A stretch of DNA of 64,000 nt from Candidatus Latescibacterota bacterium. GTDB taxonomy: Bacteria; Latescibacterota; UBA2968. Both the position numbers and the translations under genes were made by a program. Shown piece after piece: positions 48,759 through 58,631 of this stretch (position 1 is its first letter; the number at the start of each line of letters is the position of its first letter). The DNA lies in the NCBI GenBank assembly GCA_965205975.1, contig OZ242195.1, positions 3,616,001 to 3,680,000 of the forward strand, read 5' to 3'. Below the pieces are notes generated by a model. The model ran no database searches and was not told the DNA's origin. It was given only the letters and a program-made list of their open reading frames with translations.

Positions 48759-49059
48759 ACACGATACTTTCTTTGATATTCTGGGCAACATGCGGAATTC
48801 GAATCCCTTGAATACCAGCATCGGTCAGGACATCTACCCGTTTGCCCAGGATAGCCTCAAGATATTCGCTAAACTCAATGAACCGAAGACCTATTGGATG
48901 TTCAAATTCCACAACAAGGTCAATGTCACTTGATTGGGTGGGCGTACCTTTCGCATAAGACCCAAACAAACCTATTCTCTTAACCCCGTACTCAGACGCC
49001 AGATAAGGGCGGTTTTCCGAGAGAATATTTGCGATTTTTTCTTTTGTCAACATTGCCAT
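48751..49059 (-). CDS. mntA: MntA minimal nucleotidyltransferase antitoxin
   Basis: GLFGSYAKG.....SDIDLVV, LG.RVD; overlaps the hepT start. Confidence 0.88.
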   Translation of the reverse strand: MAMLTKEKIANILSENRPYLASEYGVKRIGLFGSYAKGTPTQSSDIDLVVEFEHPIGLRFIEFSEYLEAILGKRVDVLTDAGIQGIRIPHVAQNIKESIVYV

Positions 49060-49087
49060 TTTCTCCCTCAAGTGAATTCTCTTTCTT

Positions 49088-50347
49088 CTACTCCGGAACA
49101 TAATCATCAATAAATTCCGGCATCATATCCAACACCTTTTGCAAGCGTTCACGCGCCGCTTCAGAATCGGCATCGCCCTGCCCCAAAACAATATCGTACT
49201 CTTCCAGCCGATCCGCAGGCACATCGTAAAACCGCCCATCGTGATAAATTTTAAACCGATGTTCCCGCGCAAACTGCCCCGCGTGATCTTGACCAAAACC
49301 AAAACGCGGGTTGTAATGACAAAAAATCCAATCCCTCGGATCGCCCCGTTCGCCCCGCAACTGGGGCAAAAAACTCCGCCCATCACACGGCATCCCCTCT
49401 GGAATAGGCGCATCTGCCAAATCCATCAGCGTCGGCAAAAAATCGCTAAAATCCACCAGATCATCTAACACCACGCCCTCTGGCGCCACACCCTTCCAAA
49501 AAGCAATAAAAGGCACATGTGTCCCCGCATCCGGCATCGTGCCCTTACCGCCCACAATCTCGACACCACCCTCAAGCTGGGACGTAATCGTGCGATGCGT
49601 ACCATTATCACTCGTAAACATCACCAGCGTATTCTCGAGCAAATCCAGCGCCTCGAGCTTCTCCACAATCCGCCCCACCAGCTTATCCGCATACGCCACC
49701 ATATCGGCAAAATAGCGCGTATCCTGCTCACCTCTCCGACCTCTATCCCGCCACTCCGGGCTATCGGGCGTGGGAACAAAAGGCGCGTGAACCAGAATCA
49801 TCGGATAATAAGCAAAAAAAGGCACATCCCGATGTCGCTCAATAAAATCCAGCAAATAATCACAACAAATATCGGGACCATACCGATCTTCGATATAATC
49901 GTCTGGCAACCATTCCCCATTACATTCAATTTGCGGATTTGCATATCGCCCCTTTGCAACGCGTGCAGGATCTTCTGGAAGCGGCGTCATATTCCACAAA
50001 CAATGCTCGTCAAACCCAAAATGCGCCGGCATCTTATTATCCTTACTCAACTGCCACTTACCCGCAACACACGTAGCATACCCCGCATCCTTTAACAAAT
50101 TGCCAAACGTCTTTTCTTTGGGATTCAAATAGGCGAACCTGTCGTAATTCCGAAAATTGTACTGCCCCGTCATAATCTCCACGCGAGAAGGCGTACACAG
50201 CGGCGTCGAATAACAATGGGAAAAGAGAATCCCCCGCGATGCCAGATCGTCCAATACTGGCGTCTCATAAGTCGTACTCCCGTAACAACTCAAACACTCA
50301 AACCCCATATCATCTGCCATAATCAACACAACATTTGGTCTCGCCAT
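49088..50347 (-). CDS. Sulfatase (arylsulfatase-like)
   Basis: PNVVLIMADD, CTPSRVEIMTG, GKWQL, SDNG. Confidence 0.92.
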   Translation of the reverse strand: MARPNVVLIMADDMGFECLSCYGSTTYETPVLDDLASRGILFSHCYSTPLCTPSRVEIMTGQYNFRNYDRFAYLNPKEKTFGNLLKDAGYATCVAGKWQLSKDNKMPAHFGFDEHCLWNMTPLPEDPARVAKGRYANPQIECNGEWLPDDYIEDRYGPDICCDYLLDFIERHRDVPFFAYYPMILVHAPFVPTPDSPEWRDRGRRGEQDTRYFADMVAYADKLVGRIVEKLEALDLLENTLVMFTSDNGTHRTITSQLEGGVEIVGGKGTMPDAGTHVPFIAFWKGVAPEGVVLDDLVDFSDFLPTLMDLADAPIPEGMPCDGRSFLPQLRGERGDPRDWIFCHYNPRFGFGQDHAGQFAREHRFKIYHDGRFYDVPADRLEEYDIVLGQGDADSEAARERLQKVLDMMPEFIDDYVPE

Positions 50348-50808
50348 ACGCTCCTCACCGGGAATGATTCTGTTTATTTTAGAACAATTAAGATATACCT
50401 TCAGCAGAACACAGTCCACTTGAAAAAATCGGCATCTCTATCTTTGATAGGGAGGGAAGTAACACTATTATCTAATTGACTTTCTAACTGATGTTACGCA
50501 AGAACCACTGCAACAGCCACCTGGTCAAGCGGTACATATCTTTCACATAACCACTCATTTATCGCTCAAAATATACACTTTTTCCGCCGACATTTGTGCT
50601 CCTTCACCTCCGCTTCAACAAACATTCCAAAAATTCAAGTTGTGAATAAAACCGCAATACTACATATTGAAGGCATAATGAGGTGCCTGCATTTCTGTCG
50701 AGTCCCTTTTATCGCTCAATTCTGTGATAATTGGCCTGATATTTGCTTGAGGTCTGACTGTTGCGTTTGTCCAAAATACAACCAACCTTCAGATCTGAGG
50801 CATCTCAC

Positions 50809-51741
50809 ATGGCTGAATTTGATACGATATCCAAACATCTGATTCAGAAATACCCCAGTGACTTTGCTGGCTTTACCCTCGGGCGTGATGATGTTGAAGT
50901 TCTTGCTGTCATGGACACAGAGCAATACACTGTTGAAGCACGCCAAACCGATAGCCTGATTCGCGTGCGTATGGATGGTGAGGAGGTATTGGTCCACAAC
51001 GAGTTTCAAACAACGGATAGCACCAATCCACCTATGCCTCGCCGCATGGCGGGCTATATCGGACATGCGATTCGGCAATACGGCCTGCCGATATATTCCA
51101 ATGTCATCTACCTGCGTCCCAATGCGGGGCAGCGCGATACCGGGTACTATGTCCAGGCGCATCTCGACTACGAAATCACGATTCGGTATCGCGTGATCAG
51201 ACTGATTGAGATAGAAGGTCAACCCATCCTGAGCGGGAGACATTCAGGACTGATTCCATTCACACCGTTGATGAAGCCCCCTGAAGGGGTGGCTTCGGAT
51301 GCGTGGTTGCATCAGTGTATTCACACGGCTCGGACGCGTTCCATAGATCGGTCATATAGGGCGGATTATCTGGCTGGCATGGTGGCGTTGAGCGAGTTGG
51401 TATATGCGTCTGAAACGATTTCTAATATTATTTTCCAGGAGGGCATCATGGACATCTTGCGCGAATCATCACTTTTTCAATCCCTTACTCAGGAAAGTAG
51501 AGAGAAAGCCAGAGAAGAGGGCATTGAAGAGGGCATTGAGCAAGGTTTTGAGCAGGGGGGCAGGCAACGCACCATCGAAGCTATCCTCGAAGTGCTGGAG
51601 ATTCGATTTGACCTGAACGAAGCGCACCCCCTATCCACCCGCATTGCCGCCATTGACGATCTGCAACGCCTCAAGCAGTTGCACCGTGCGGCGATACAGG
51701 TGCCCAATCTCGAAGCATTTCAGCGCATATTGGATACGTGA
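50809..51741 (+). CDS. Rpn/YhgA-like PD-(D/E)XK nuclease family protein
   Basis: D...K.L, R.TD.L, VHNEFQ, M..RM..Y, C-terminal EEGIEEGIEQG repeats. Confidence 0.8.
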   Translation: MAEFDTISKHLIQKYPSDFAGFTLGRDDVEVLAVMDTEQYTVEARQTDSLIRVRMDGEEVLVHNEFQTTDSTNPPMPRRMAGYIGHAIRQYGLPIYSNVIYLRPNAGQRDTGYYVQAHLDYEITIRYRVIRLIEIEGQPILSGRHSGLIPFTPLMKPPEGVASDAWLHQCIHTARTRSIDRSYRADYLAGMVALSELVYASETISNIIFQEGIMDILRESSLFQSLTQESREKAREEGIEEGIEQGFEQGGRQRTIEAILEVLEIRFDLNEAHPLSTRIAAIDDLQRLKQLHRAAIQVPNLEAFQRILDT

Positions 51742-51776
51742 CGTGATTTCCATAGAACAAAGGGGAAGGACACAAA

Positions 51777-52625
51777 ATGAACATCTCGCTCACATCAACA
51801 GAGCAAAGCTCTGGCGAACTGGCAAAAGACAAATTGGCAAATGCGATAGAGGCAATACGGCACGACGGCTATGTCATCATCGAGCAAGTGGTGAACCACG
51901 CGATCCTCGACGCCCTCAAAACGCGCATGGATGAAGACTCTGCAAAGCTGATTGAGGCACAAAAATGGGGTGGCGCAGGTGGTGTACAGGGTCATTTACA
52001 GCAAGGTCCGCCACCATTTGACCCATACCTATCCCCAGACATCCTCGTCAATCCCTATGCCGTTCAGATCTCACGAGAAATGCTGGGCACAGGGTTCTAC
52101 TGCTGCTTTTACAACGGCAACACCAATACCCCAAACAGCACCTTTCAACCTCTTCATTCTGACGGCGTTCACCTCTGGGGAGAGCAAAACCGCCCCCATC
52201 CAGCAACCCAACTCATCATCAACATCTTTCCCCAGGACACATCTGACAAAAACGGATCGACACAAATCTGGCCAGGCTCACACCTCGACATGCGCCCGGT
52301 AACAGACGAAACAGAAGCCGATCGTCAATCCTTTTCCCCACCCATTCAGGCCACCCTCCAAAAAGGCGACATCTTGATTCGCGACTCACGCCTCTGGCAT
52401 CGCGGCGTACCAAATCCATCTGATCACAACCGCCACATGATCGCAGTTGTTTACAACATCGGCTGGCTGGTCAAACGGCGCACGCTCTTCTTTGATAAAA
52501 GCAGTAAAAAAATATTCGAAGCAAGCGGCGTTGATCCCAATGCCGAATTCATCGATCCCCCGTTCGAATACCTATTTGAAATGGCGTGCAGAAAAATAAA
52601 AAACGACCCCATGCGAGGCGTCTAA
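51777..52625 (+). CDS. PhyH family dioxygenase
   Basis: QPLHSD, NGSTQIWPGSH, RD.RLWHRG.PN. Confidence 0.88.
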   Translation: MNISLTSTEQSSGELAKDKLANAIEAIRHDGYVIIEQVVNHAILDALKTRMDEDSAKLIEAQKWGGAGGVQGHLQQGPPPFDPYLSPDILVNPYAVQISREMLGTGFYCCFYNGNTNTPNSTFQPLHSDGVHLWGEQNRPHPATQLIINIFPQDTSDKNGSTQIWPGSHLDMRPVTDETEADRQSFSPPIQATLQKGDILIRDSRLWHRGVPNPSDHNRHMIAVVYNIGWLVKRRTLFFDKSSKKIFEASGVDPNAEFIDPPFEYLFEMACRKIKNDPMRGV

Positions 52626-53476
52626 TCCGCTTCATTCTCGCTCGGCATAACCGCCCAATCGGTACGCAGTTCGACAGCGAGGTCAGCCGGTGGTTGCATG
52701 AACCGCTTAACCCGGACACTGGCTTTGGCCTGGCGTCTGGGTCCGGCCAGTTTCCAGGCGTTGTAATGAAATTTCCCTTCGGGTTGCATCACGCGGACAT
52801 TCAACGTACGGCGTGGCTTCCGGGTCTGGTTCATGCCAGCGCAGTGCAGACAGGCCGCATTGACCACCAGCAGATCACCTGGATCGCCGATAACCTGGAC
52901 TCTGTTGCTATAGTAATTCGGGTTGGAATCCGGCACCTCGGGGTTTTCATCAGCCTTGAAGCGATGAGTACCCGGTATCACAGAAGTCGCACCGTTTTCC
53001 GCCGTGTACCCATCGAGCAAAAAAAAGAACCACAGCCCCCTGTGCTTGCCATTGGCGGTAAGGCCGGGGCGGAAATCGCGATGGATGCCTTCAGACTGCT
53101 CTCCCGGGTTGTAGCGTTGGGTATTGGCGACAAGGTCAGAGAAGTGGTAGGTACCCAGGGCATGCTCGCAAATCGCGTGAACAGTGCCGTGGTCGAGCAA
53201 TTCTATCGCCGCATCGCCCCACAAAAAACAGGCACGGGCATTGGGATTCAGGTCGAATTTGCGGGTCCCGTACCTGTCGCCGATATTCACATCGGACAGC
53301 TTCATCCCGCCGCGCCAGGCGGCAATATAGTCATCGGCGGCACGCTGGGCGATATCGCGCAAAGGATTGAGGTATTCATGTGCGATCTGGTTCCGTATAA
53401 TGGTATAGCCGTCGCGATCGAGATTGGCGAGGTGTTCGTCCAGTTCGCTATCGCCGAGGGGATGGACGGGTCGCAT
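52622..53476 (-). CDS. PhyH family dioxygenase
   Basis: IHRD, ENGAT.VIPGTH, LH.AG.N....RR. Confidence 0.88.
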   Translation of the reverse strand: MRPVHPLGDSELDEHLANLDRDGYTIIRNQIAHEYLNPLRDIAQRAADDYIAAWRGGMKLSDVNIGDRYGTRKFDLNPNARACFLWGDAAIELLDHGTVHAICEHALGTYHFSDLVANTQRYNPGEQSEGIHRDFRPGLTANGKHRGLWFFFLLDGYTAENGATSVIPGTHRFKADENPEVPDSNPNYYSNRVQVIGDPGDLLVVNAACLHCAGMNQTRKPRRTLNVRVMQPEGKFHYNAWKLAGPRRQAKASVRVKRFMQPPADLAVELRTDWAVMPSENEAD

Positions 53477-53493
53477 GGGCTGGTCTCCTTATC

Positions 53494-54777
53494 TCATTCT
53501 GCCTGCTTTTGTTGATTTCGCAAAATCTCGTCGAGGAGTGGCAGCCCTTTGAGCCGCGCTTTCCAGTTTCGAGGCTGTTTTTCGGCAAGACTCATAATGC
53601 CTTTGTTGTATTTAAAACCCTCGCTGGTCACATTCTCAATAATCGGATGCCAACTATCCCCCGTACGGTCTCTCACAACCCCGACAGAGGGACCTCTAAC
53701 CCGTTTGATCTTCCTGTCATTCTTATCAAACCGTAGCTCTTTCAGGTATTCCTCCGGAACATTCGCAAGTCCCTTGAGTGCAATGGCCGCGTTTGTCCCA
53801 AATATCGCATGGATATTCTTTACTGTAGTCCCATCTGCAAACACACCGGGTTTATAACGCTCATCCGCCTGATTCCGTGTCTCCACAAAACCAGGTCCCA
53901 TCGTCACAGCGAAAGCACAGCTCTTCACAGTCACACCGTCGATCTTGACAACGCCATTTTGAGCTTTGTGTGGTCCAAGCAACACCGCAGTACTGCCGTT
54001 CTCACAATATAGATTCTCTGCCGTAATATCATGCACCCCGCCATTATGCCCGCCAGCACCCGTCTCCAGTCTAAAAGTCACTCCACCGCCAATGGCTTCG
54101 AGATTTTCAAAATGGATGGTCTCCCCCGCATGCATCTGAACCAAACCGTATCCCGGGCTGGAATTAGTACTTCTCAAGTTTCTCGCCAGACCATCGGTGG
54201 GCCTGAAAACGTCCCCGCTTTCGACATCCCTATCCCTGGACGGCGTAAAAATGAATGCAGAATAAGTGGTAAAACTATCCTTAACATCAATATCTGAGAG
54301 CAGAAAATTTTTGACCTTCCTGCTATTGACCGTCCGTATGCCTTCCCCCGCCATACTTCCGCGATCTGAATAATCGACAATAAACTTACCGCCCAGCCCG
54401 CGAATACTGACATTCTCTATGGATTCGGCATTCCTCCCTGTACCCAATCCAAAAACAATGGTCTTCGTACCTTTGGGCCAATAGGGTTTGATAACCGTGT
54501 CTTTCTCGATCAACAGGTGCACATTGGACTTCAAGTTGATGCCTCCAAAACGATAAACCCCTTTCGGAACAATCAGGCGTCCACCACCTTTTGCCGAGAC
54601 CTCATCAATCGCTTTTTGCAATCGCTCACTCTGATTGCTCTCAGCCCCATCATCAACCAGTCCGAAATCCGTCTTCAGATTCATCGTCAAACCGTCTGGA
54701 TCCATGGTCTCCACATATGCCGCCTCTGAAACCGCGGCCATTACAAGCACGGTCAGGATCAACAATATGGTCTTCAT
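53494..54777 (-). CDS. Secreted beta-helix glycoside hydrolase, GH82 iota-carrageenase-like
   Basis: Signal peptide; LQKAID....GGG.L..PKG.Y....I.LKSNVHL; GYGLVQ......I.FENL...GG...RLET resembles GH82. Confidence 0.7.
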   Translation of the reverse strand: MKTILLILTVLVMAAVSEAAYVETMDPDGLTMNLKTDFGLVDDGAESNQSERLQKAIDEVSAKGGGRLIVPKGVYRFGGINLKSNVHLLIEKDTVIKPYWPKGTKTIVFGLGTGRNAESIENVSIRGLGGKFIVDYSDRGSMAGEGIRTVNSRKVKNFLLSDIDVKDSFTTYSAFIFTPSRDRDVESGDVFRPTDGLARNLRSTNSSPGYGLVQMHAGETIHFENLEAIGGGVTFRLETGAGGHNGGVHDITAENLYCENGSTAVLLGPHKAQNGVVKIDGVTVKSCAFAVTMGPGFVETRNQADERYKPGVFADGTTVKNIHAIFGTNAAIALKGLANVPEEYLKELRFDKNDRKIKRVRGPSVGVVRDRTGDSWHPIIENVTSEGFKYNKGIMSLAEKQPRNWKARLKGLPLLDEILRNQQKQAE

Positions 54778-54789
54778 GATTTTCTCCCC

Positions 54790-56556
54790 TCATTTACGTG
54801 CAACATAAACGTAATAGGCACCGCAGATGGGCTGGCTGCGCTCGTCGTCGAACCAGGTGTGCAAAAGCGTAGGACCCGGCTCCAGATCTACGGTAAACAC
54901 AACACCCCGATCGTCTGGCTCAGCGGGCCTGGCGTAGAAGCGTCCACCGATCAGCACACGCGCTCTGGCAATCGGCAGCGCAATTCCCGCTTTCAATTCA
55001 CCGTCGGTCAATTGAGCCGCCTGGCAAGCCTCTCTCAGCTTGAGACCGCTCTCTCTCGGCCAGCGCCGCAGTTCAAAAGTGTACTTGCCGGCGGCTTCAA
55101 CCATCAGGTGCCAGTAACTGTTCTTCCGCACGGCCGTCCTCACCTGCCGCTGCTGATCCACAAAGACATCCTTCCACTCGCAGGCCGATAGCGTCATCGG
55201 ATTCTCGGCCTCACTGCCGATGGTAATCCGCTGCACTTGATTGGCGACCGGTTCCACTTCTCGCCACCAGGCATCCAGATAATCCTGCATCTGCCGGACA
55301 ATGTCAGGGTGCTGATCGGCAACGTCGAGATTCTGTTCGGGGTCGCTATCCAGATCATACAGTGCCGTTCCTTCAAGCAAGCGCCACCGTTTCCAGAGCA
55401 CAGCAGCACCCTCGCGTCTTATGAAAGAAGGGCTGTCAGGCGTCGGGTAGTCCAACTCCCCGGGCATACGGCTGTAATTCACCGTCAACATGCGATCTTC
55501 CGGCACCTGCTCCGCACCCCGCAAAACCGGAGATAGGCTAATCCCGTCCAAACGCAATTCAGCCGGCGATTCCAGCCCACAAAGCTCAATCAAAGTCGGC
55601 AAAATGTCCTGCACCTGAGTCAGTCCATCAATCTCCCGGGGTCTGCCCAGATCACCATTTGGCCAATGTAAGAAAAACGGTACCCGGTGCCCACCTTCCC
55701 ATAGCTCGCACTTTTTACCCCGCATCCCGGCATTGTAATAGACAGAACCAAAAGTACTGCCATTATCAGTCATAAAAATCAGGATTGTATTCCTATCTAC
55801 ATCCCGTTCTTGCAGAAAGCGTCGAAGCGCACCGACCTGAGTATCCAAATTTCGAATCATAGCGAGAAAACGAATGATATTCTCTCGCAAATTTTCGGGA
55901 AGTGCAGGCAACAGGTGTTCACCCTCTGCAAATGCCGCCTCAATGGCCTCGCGGTCTTCGGCAGGCACAAAAAGTGGGGCGTGAGGGGCATTGGTCGGCA
56001 GGAAAGTAAAAAAGGGTTCTGAAGCCGCTATTCGTGCTTGCATCCACGCTTTTGCCGCGTTAAAAAAGACCTCGGTACAGTATCCTTCCTGTCGTACGCG
56101 AGAACCATTGTGACAGTATATATCATCGAAGTAATCGTTCTCCCAGTAGTCGGGCACAGAACTGATGTGAGAGGATGGAAACCAGAGACTTTCCTCAAAA
56201 CCGCGATCCTGAGGACGGTACGGATAGTTGTCGCCCAGATGCCATTTGCCAAACACACCTGTTCGGTAACCGTTCGACCGGAAAATATCGGCCATAGTCG
56301 GCAAATCTGGTCGCAGAAGCGAGCGTCCGCTGCTCACGTTCACCGCGCCATTGCGTGCCGCATCAAGTCCGCTCAGCAATTGACCGCGAGTAGGCGTACA
56401 CATGGGCGCAACGTGAAAATCCATCAGCCGAATACTTTCCCCGTGCAAGCTGTCCAGGTTCGGCGTCCGGGCAACAGGATTGCCGTGACAGCCCAGATCG
56501 CCATACCCCTGATCGTCGGTAATGATCAAAATCACATTGGGTTGTGCGGGTTTCAT
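54790..56556 (-). CDS. Arylsulfatase
   Basis: PNVILIITDDQGYGD, CTPTRGQLLSG, GKWHLG, EGGHR. Confidence 0.93.
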   Translation of the reverse strand: MKPAQPNVILIITDDQGYGDLGCHGNPVARTPNLDSLHGESIRLMDFHVAPMCTPTRGQLLSGLDAARNGAVNVSSGRSLLRPDLPTMADIFRSNGYRTGVFGKWHLGDNYPYRPQDRGFEESLWFPSSHISSVPDYWENDYFDDIYCHNGSRVRQEGYCTEVFFNAAKAWMQARIAASEPFFTFLPTNAPHAPLFVPAEDREAIEAAFAEGEHLLPALPENLRENIIRFLAMIRNLDTQVGALRRFLQERDVDRNTILIFMTDNGSTFGSVYYNAGMRGKKCELWEGGHRVPFFLHWPNGDLGRPREIDGLTQVQDILPTLIELCGLESPAELRLDGISLSPVLRGAEQVPEDRMLTVNYSRMPGELDYPTPDSPSFIRREGAAVLWKRWRLLEGTALYDLDSDPEQNLDVADQHPDIVRQMQDYLDAWWREVEPVANQVQRITIGSEAENPMTLSACEWKDVFVDQQRQVRTAVRKNSYWHLMVEAAGKYTFELRRWPRESGLKLREACQAAQLTDGELKAGIALPIARARVLIGGRFYARPAEPDDRGVVFTVDLEPGPTLLHTWFDDERSQPICGAYYVYVARK

Positions 56557-56620
56557 CTGTCTCTTTCTTTATTGATCGGGTTTCGCCAAACAGCTTGAAT
56601 CCAAAATCGGATACCCAGTT

Positions 56621-58591
56621 CTACTTCCACACAATGGGCATCCAAACCGTCATTTCACTTTGCCCCCGATTGCACCATGAATAATAGGGGACGAATTGGG
56701 TTTGAATGGTTTCCCACTCGGGTTTGACCAGCGTCCGATACATGCCTTCTTTTAGATCTCTGCGCAAAGCAACGTTGCCGCTTATCGTCGTCAGACCGCC
56801 GAGCAATTCCGGCTGGTATTCTGCTTTTAAGTCGGAAGGGACCGGCAGATACACATCCAGAATGCCCGTGTTTTCCGGAAGGTCAGGCGATTCAATGCAG
56901 TACACTACAGGGCCGCGTTTAATCGCTACCTGATTGCGGGTTTCTTCAATACGTGGATGGCCTTCAATCAGCGCAATATCCATCGGCATTTCCAGTGCAA
57001 CAACATCACCCGCTTTCCAGGCAAGTTCAATTCTGGCAAAAGTTCCAGGTACCGCTTCAACACCAGCATCTCTCCCGTTTACCGCAATTCTGGTGCCTAT
57101 CGCCCATTCGGGAATGCGCAGCAGCATTTCAAAGGGCTTGTCCTTGCATTTCTCTATCGTGATTTTCACTGCGCCATCCCACGGATACTGGGAATCCTGT
57201 TTCAGCCTGATCTTCGATCCGTCCAGCATCTGGGTATCCAGTTTGTTCCCCCCGTACAGATTTACCGCAATGCCGTTCTCTGCCAGGCTGTATGCCCATC
57301 CAGACGACCTGGCAATGGTTCGAACAAGGTTGGGTGGACAGCAAAAACACTTGATATAGGGCAACCGAATAGCCGTCTCCGTAGGCGTCCTTGAATAATC
57401 ACGCCCTTCACGGTTCATACGAAGCGGGTTGGCGTAGAAATAGTGCTTGCCATCACTGCTGATGCCAGAAAGCGCACTGTTATATAAAACCAATTCCACA
57501 ACATCGGCATATTTGCTTTCGCCCTTCAAGCTCAGCATACGCCAGTTGAACATGGCATTGCCGATATTCGCACACGTCTCATTATAAGCCGTCGAATTCG
57601 GCATCATATATTCGTCGATAAATGCTTCATGGACAAAATCCACCCGAGAAGATGCGCCGTGATGCGCCTGTCCGACAGCGCCTGTTACATACATCTTCTT
57701 ATCGGTCACATTTGCCCACAGCCGCTCAAGAGCATCTATCAGGGCCTTCTCCCCAGTTTCTGCATACACATCCGCAACGCCAGCATAGAGGTACATAGCC
57801 AGGACTGCGTGACCAACGGCCTCTGTCTCCTCGCGAATAGAAACCCGATCCTGACACATATCGCCTTCGAACCTTGGGTTGACAGTCGGAGCCTGTACGG
57901 GACCATCTCCTCTCATGTTGACAAATATCTCGGCCAGCTCGAGATAACGCGCGTCTCTGGTCGTTCGATAAAGCTCTACCAATCCCATAATCTGAGAGGG
58001 ATTGAAACCAAAACGCGCCAGTTCCTTTGGACGAGGTTGGAAAACCCCATACAGATAGTCTGCATGTTTAACAGCGATATCCAGGAAGTTGGTCTTTCCA
58101 GTTACTCGATAATGAATACATGCACTGGTCAGCAAATGACCACTGTTGTAAAGTTCGTGGTACTGGCGATTGGAAAACCGATCGAACCCATTGATGGTAA
58201 CGTGGGTCGATAGATAGCCATCATCTTCCTGAGCCTTTCCGATGATTTCGATAATCTCATCCAGTTCCTCAACAATCTTCTCATCCCTATTGACCCCATA
58301 GACATACATGGCGGATTCCATCCACTTGTAGAAATCGCCATCGTGCCACCAGTGACCCTTATGCTCGCCTTCCTTGAGACCAGCAGCAATTTTAAAATTG
58401 TTGTAGCCATGCCCGATATCGCCTTTGAGCAACGTGCCCATATAGGGCACCATCACCTCTTCACATAACCGATATTTGTCCGCCCAAAATCCATCCGTCC
58501 ACTGGCAGTCGCCAATGTTGATACTCTTGAGCACAACATGTGGGCTTTCCTCGTTATTGACGATGCCCTGCGGTTGGATTCGCTTTCCCAT
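56621..58591 (-). CDS. GH127 glycoside hydrolase
   Basis: DGDFYKW.E, HELYN.GH, GHAV, YNETCA, CFCCPPN, RGP.VYC.E. Confidence 0.9.
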   Translation of the reverse strand: MGKRIQPQGIVNNEESPHVVLKSINIGDCQWTDGFWADKYRLCEEVMVPYMGTLLKGDIGHGYNNFKIAAGLKEGEHKGHWWHDGDFYKWMESAMYVYGVNRDEKIVEELDEIIEIIGKAQEDDGYLSTHVTINGFDRFSNRQYHELYNSGHLLTSACIHYRVTGKTNFLDIAVKHADYLYGVFQPRPKELARFGFNPSQIMGLVELYRTTRDARYLELAEIFVNMRGDGPVQAPTVNPRFEGDMCQDRVSIREETEAVGHAVLAMYLYAGVADVYAETGEKALIDALERLWANVTDKKMYVTGAVGQAHHGASSRVDFVHEAFIDEYMMPNSTAYNETCANIGNAMFNWRMLSLKGESKYADVVELVLYNSALSGISSDGKHYFYANPLRMNREGRDYSRTPTETAIRLPYIKCFCCPPNLVRTIARSSGWAYSLAENGIAVNLYGGNKLDTQMLDGSKIRLKQDSQYPWDGAVKITIEKCKDKPFEMLLRIPEWAIGTRIAVNGRDAGVEAVPGTFARIELAWKAGDVVALEMPMDIALIEGHPRIEETRNQVAIKRGPVVYCIESPDLPENTGILDVYLPVPSDLKAEYQPELLGGLTTISGNVALRRDLKEGMYRTLVKPEWETIQTQFVPYYSWCNRGQSEMTVWMPIVWK

Positions 58592-58631
58592 AAGAATTAT
58601 CCTGGCGTTGGTAAAACAATATTCCTCACCC

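Noticed and set aside
50487..51750. Rpn gene as a transposon bounded by the ACTGATGTTACGCA TIR
   Set aside because: The best right-end candidate near the stop codon matches only about 10/14 and no target duplication was seen.
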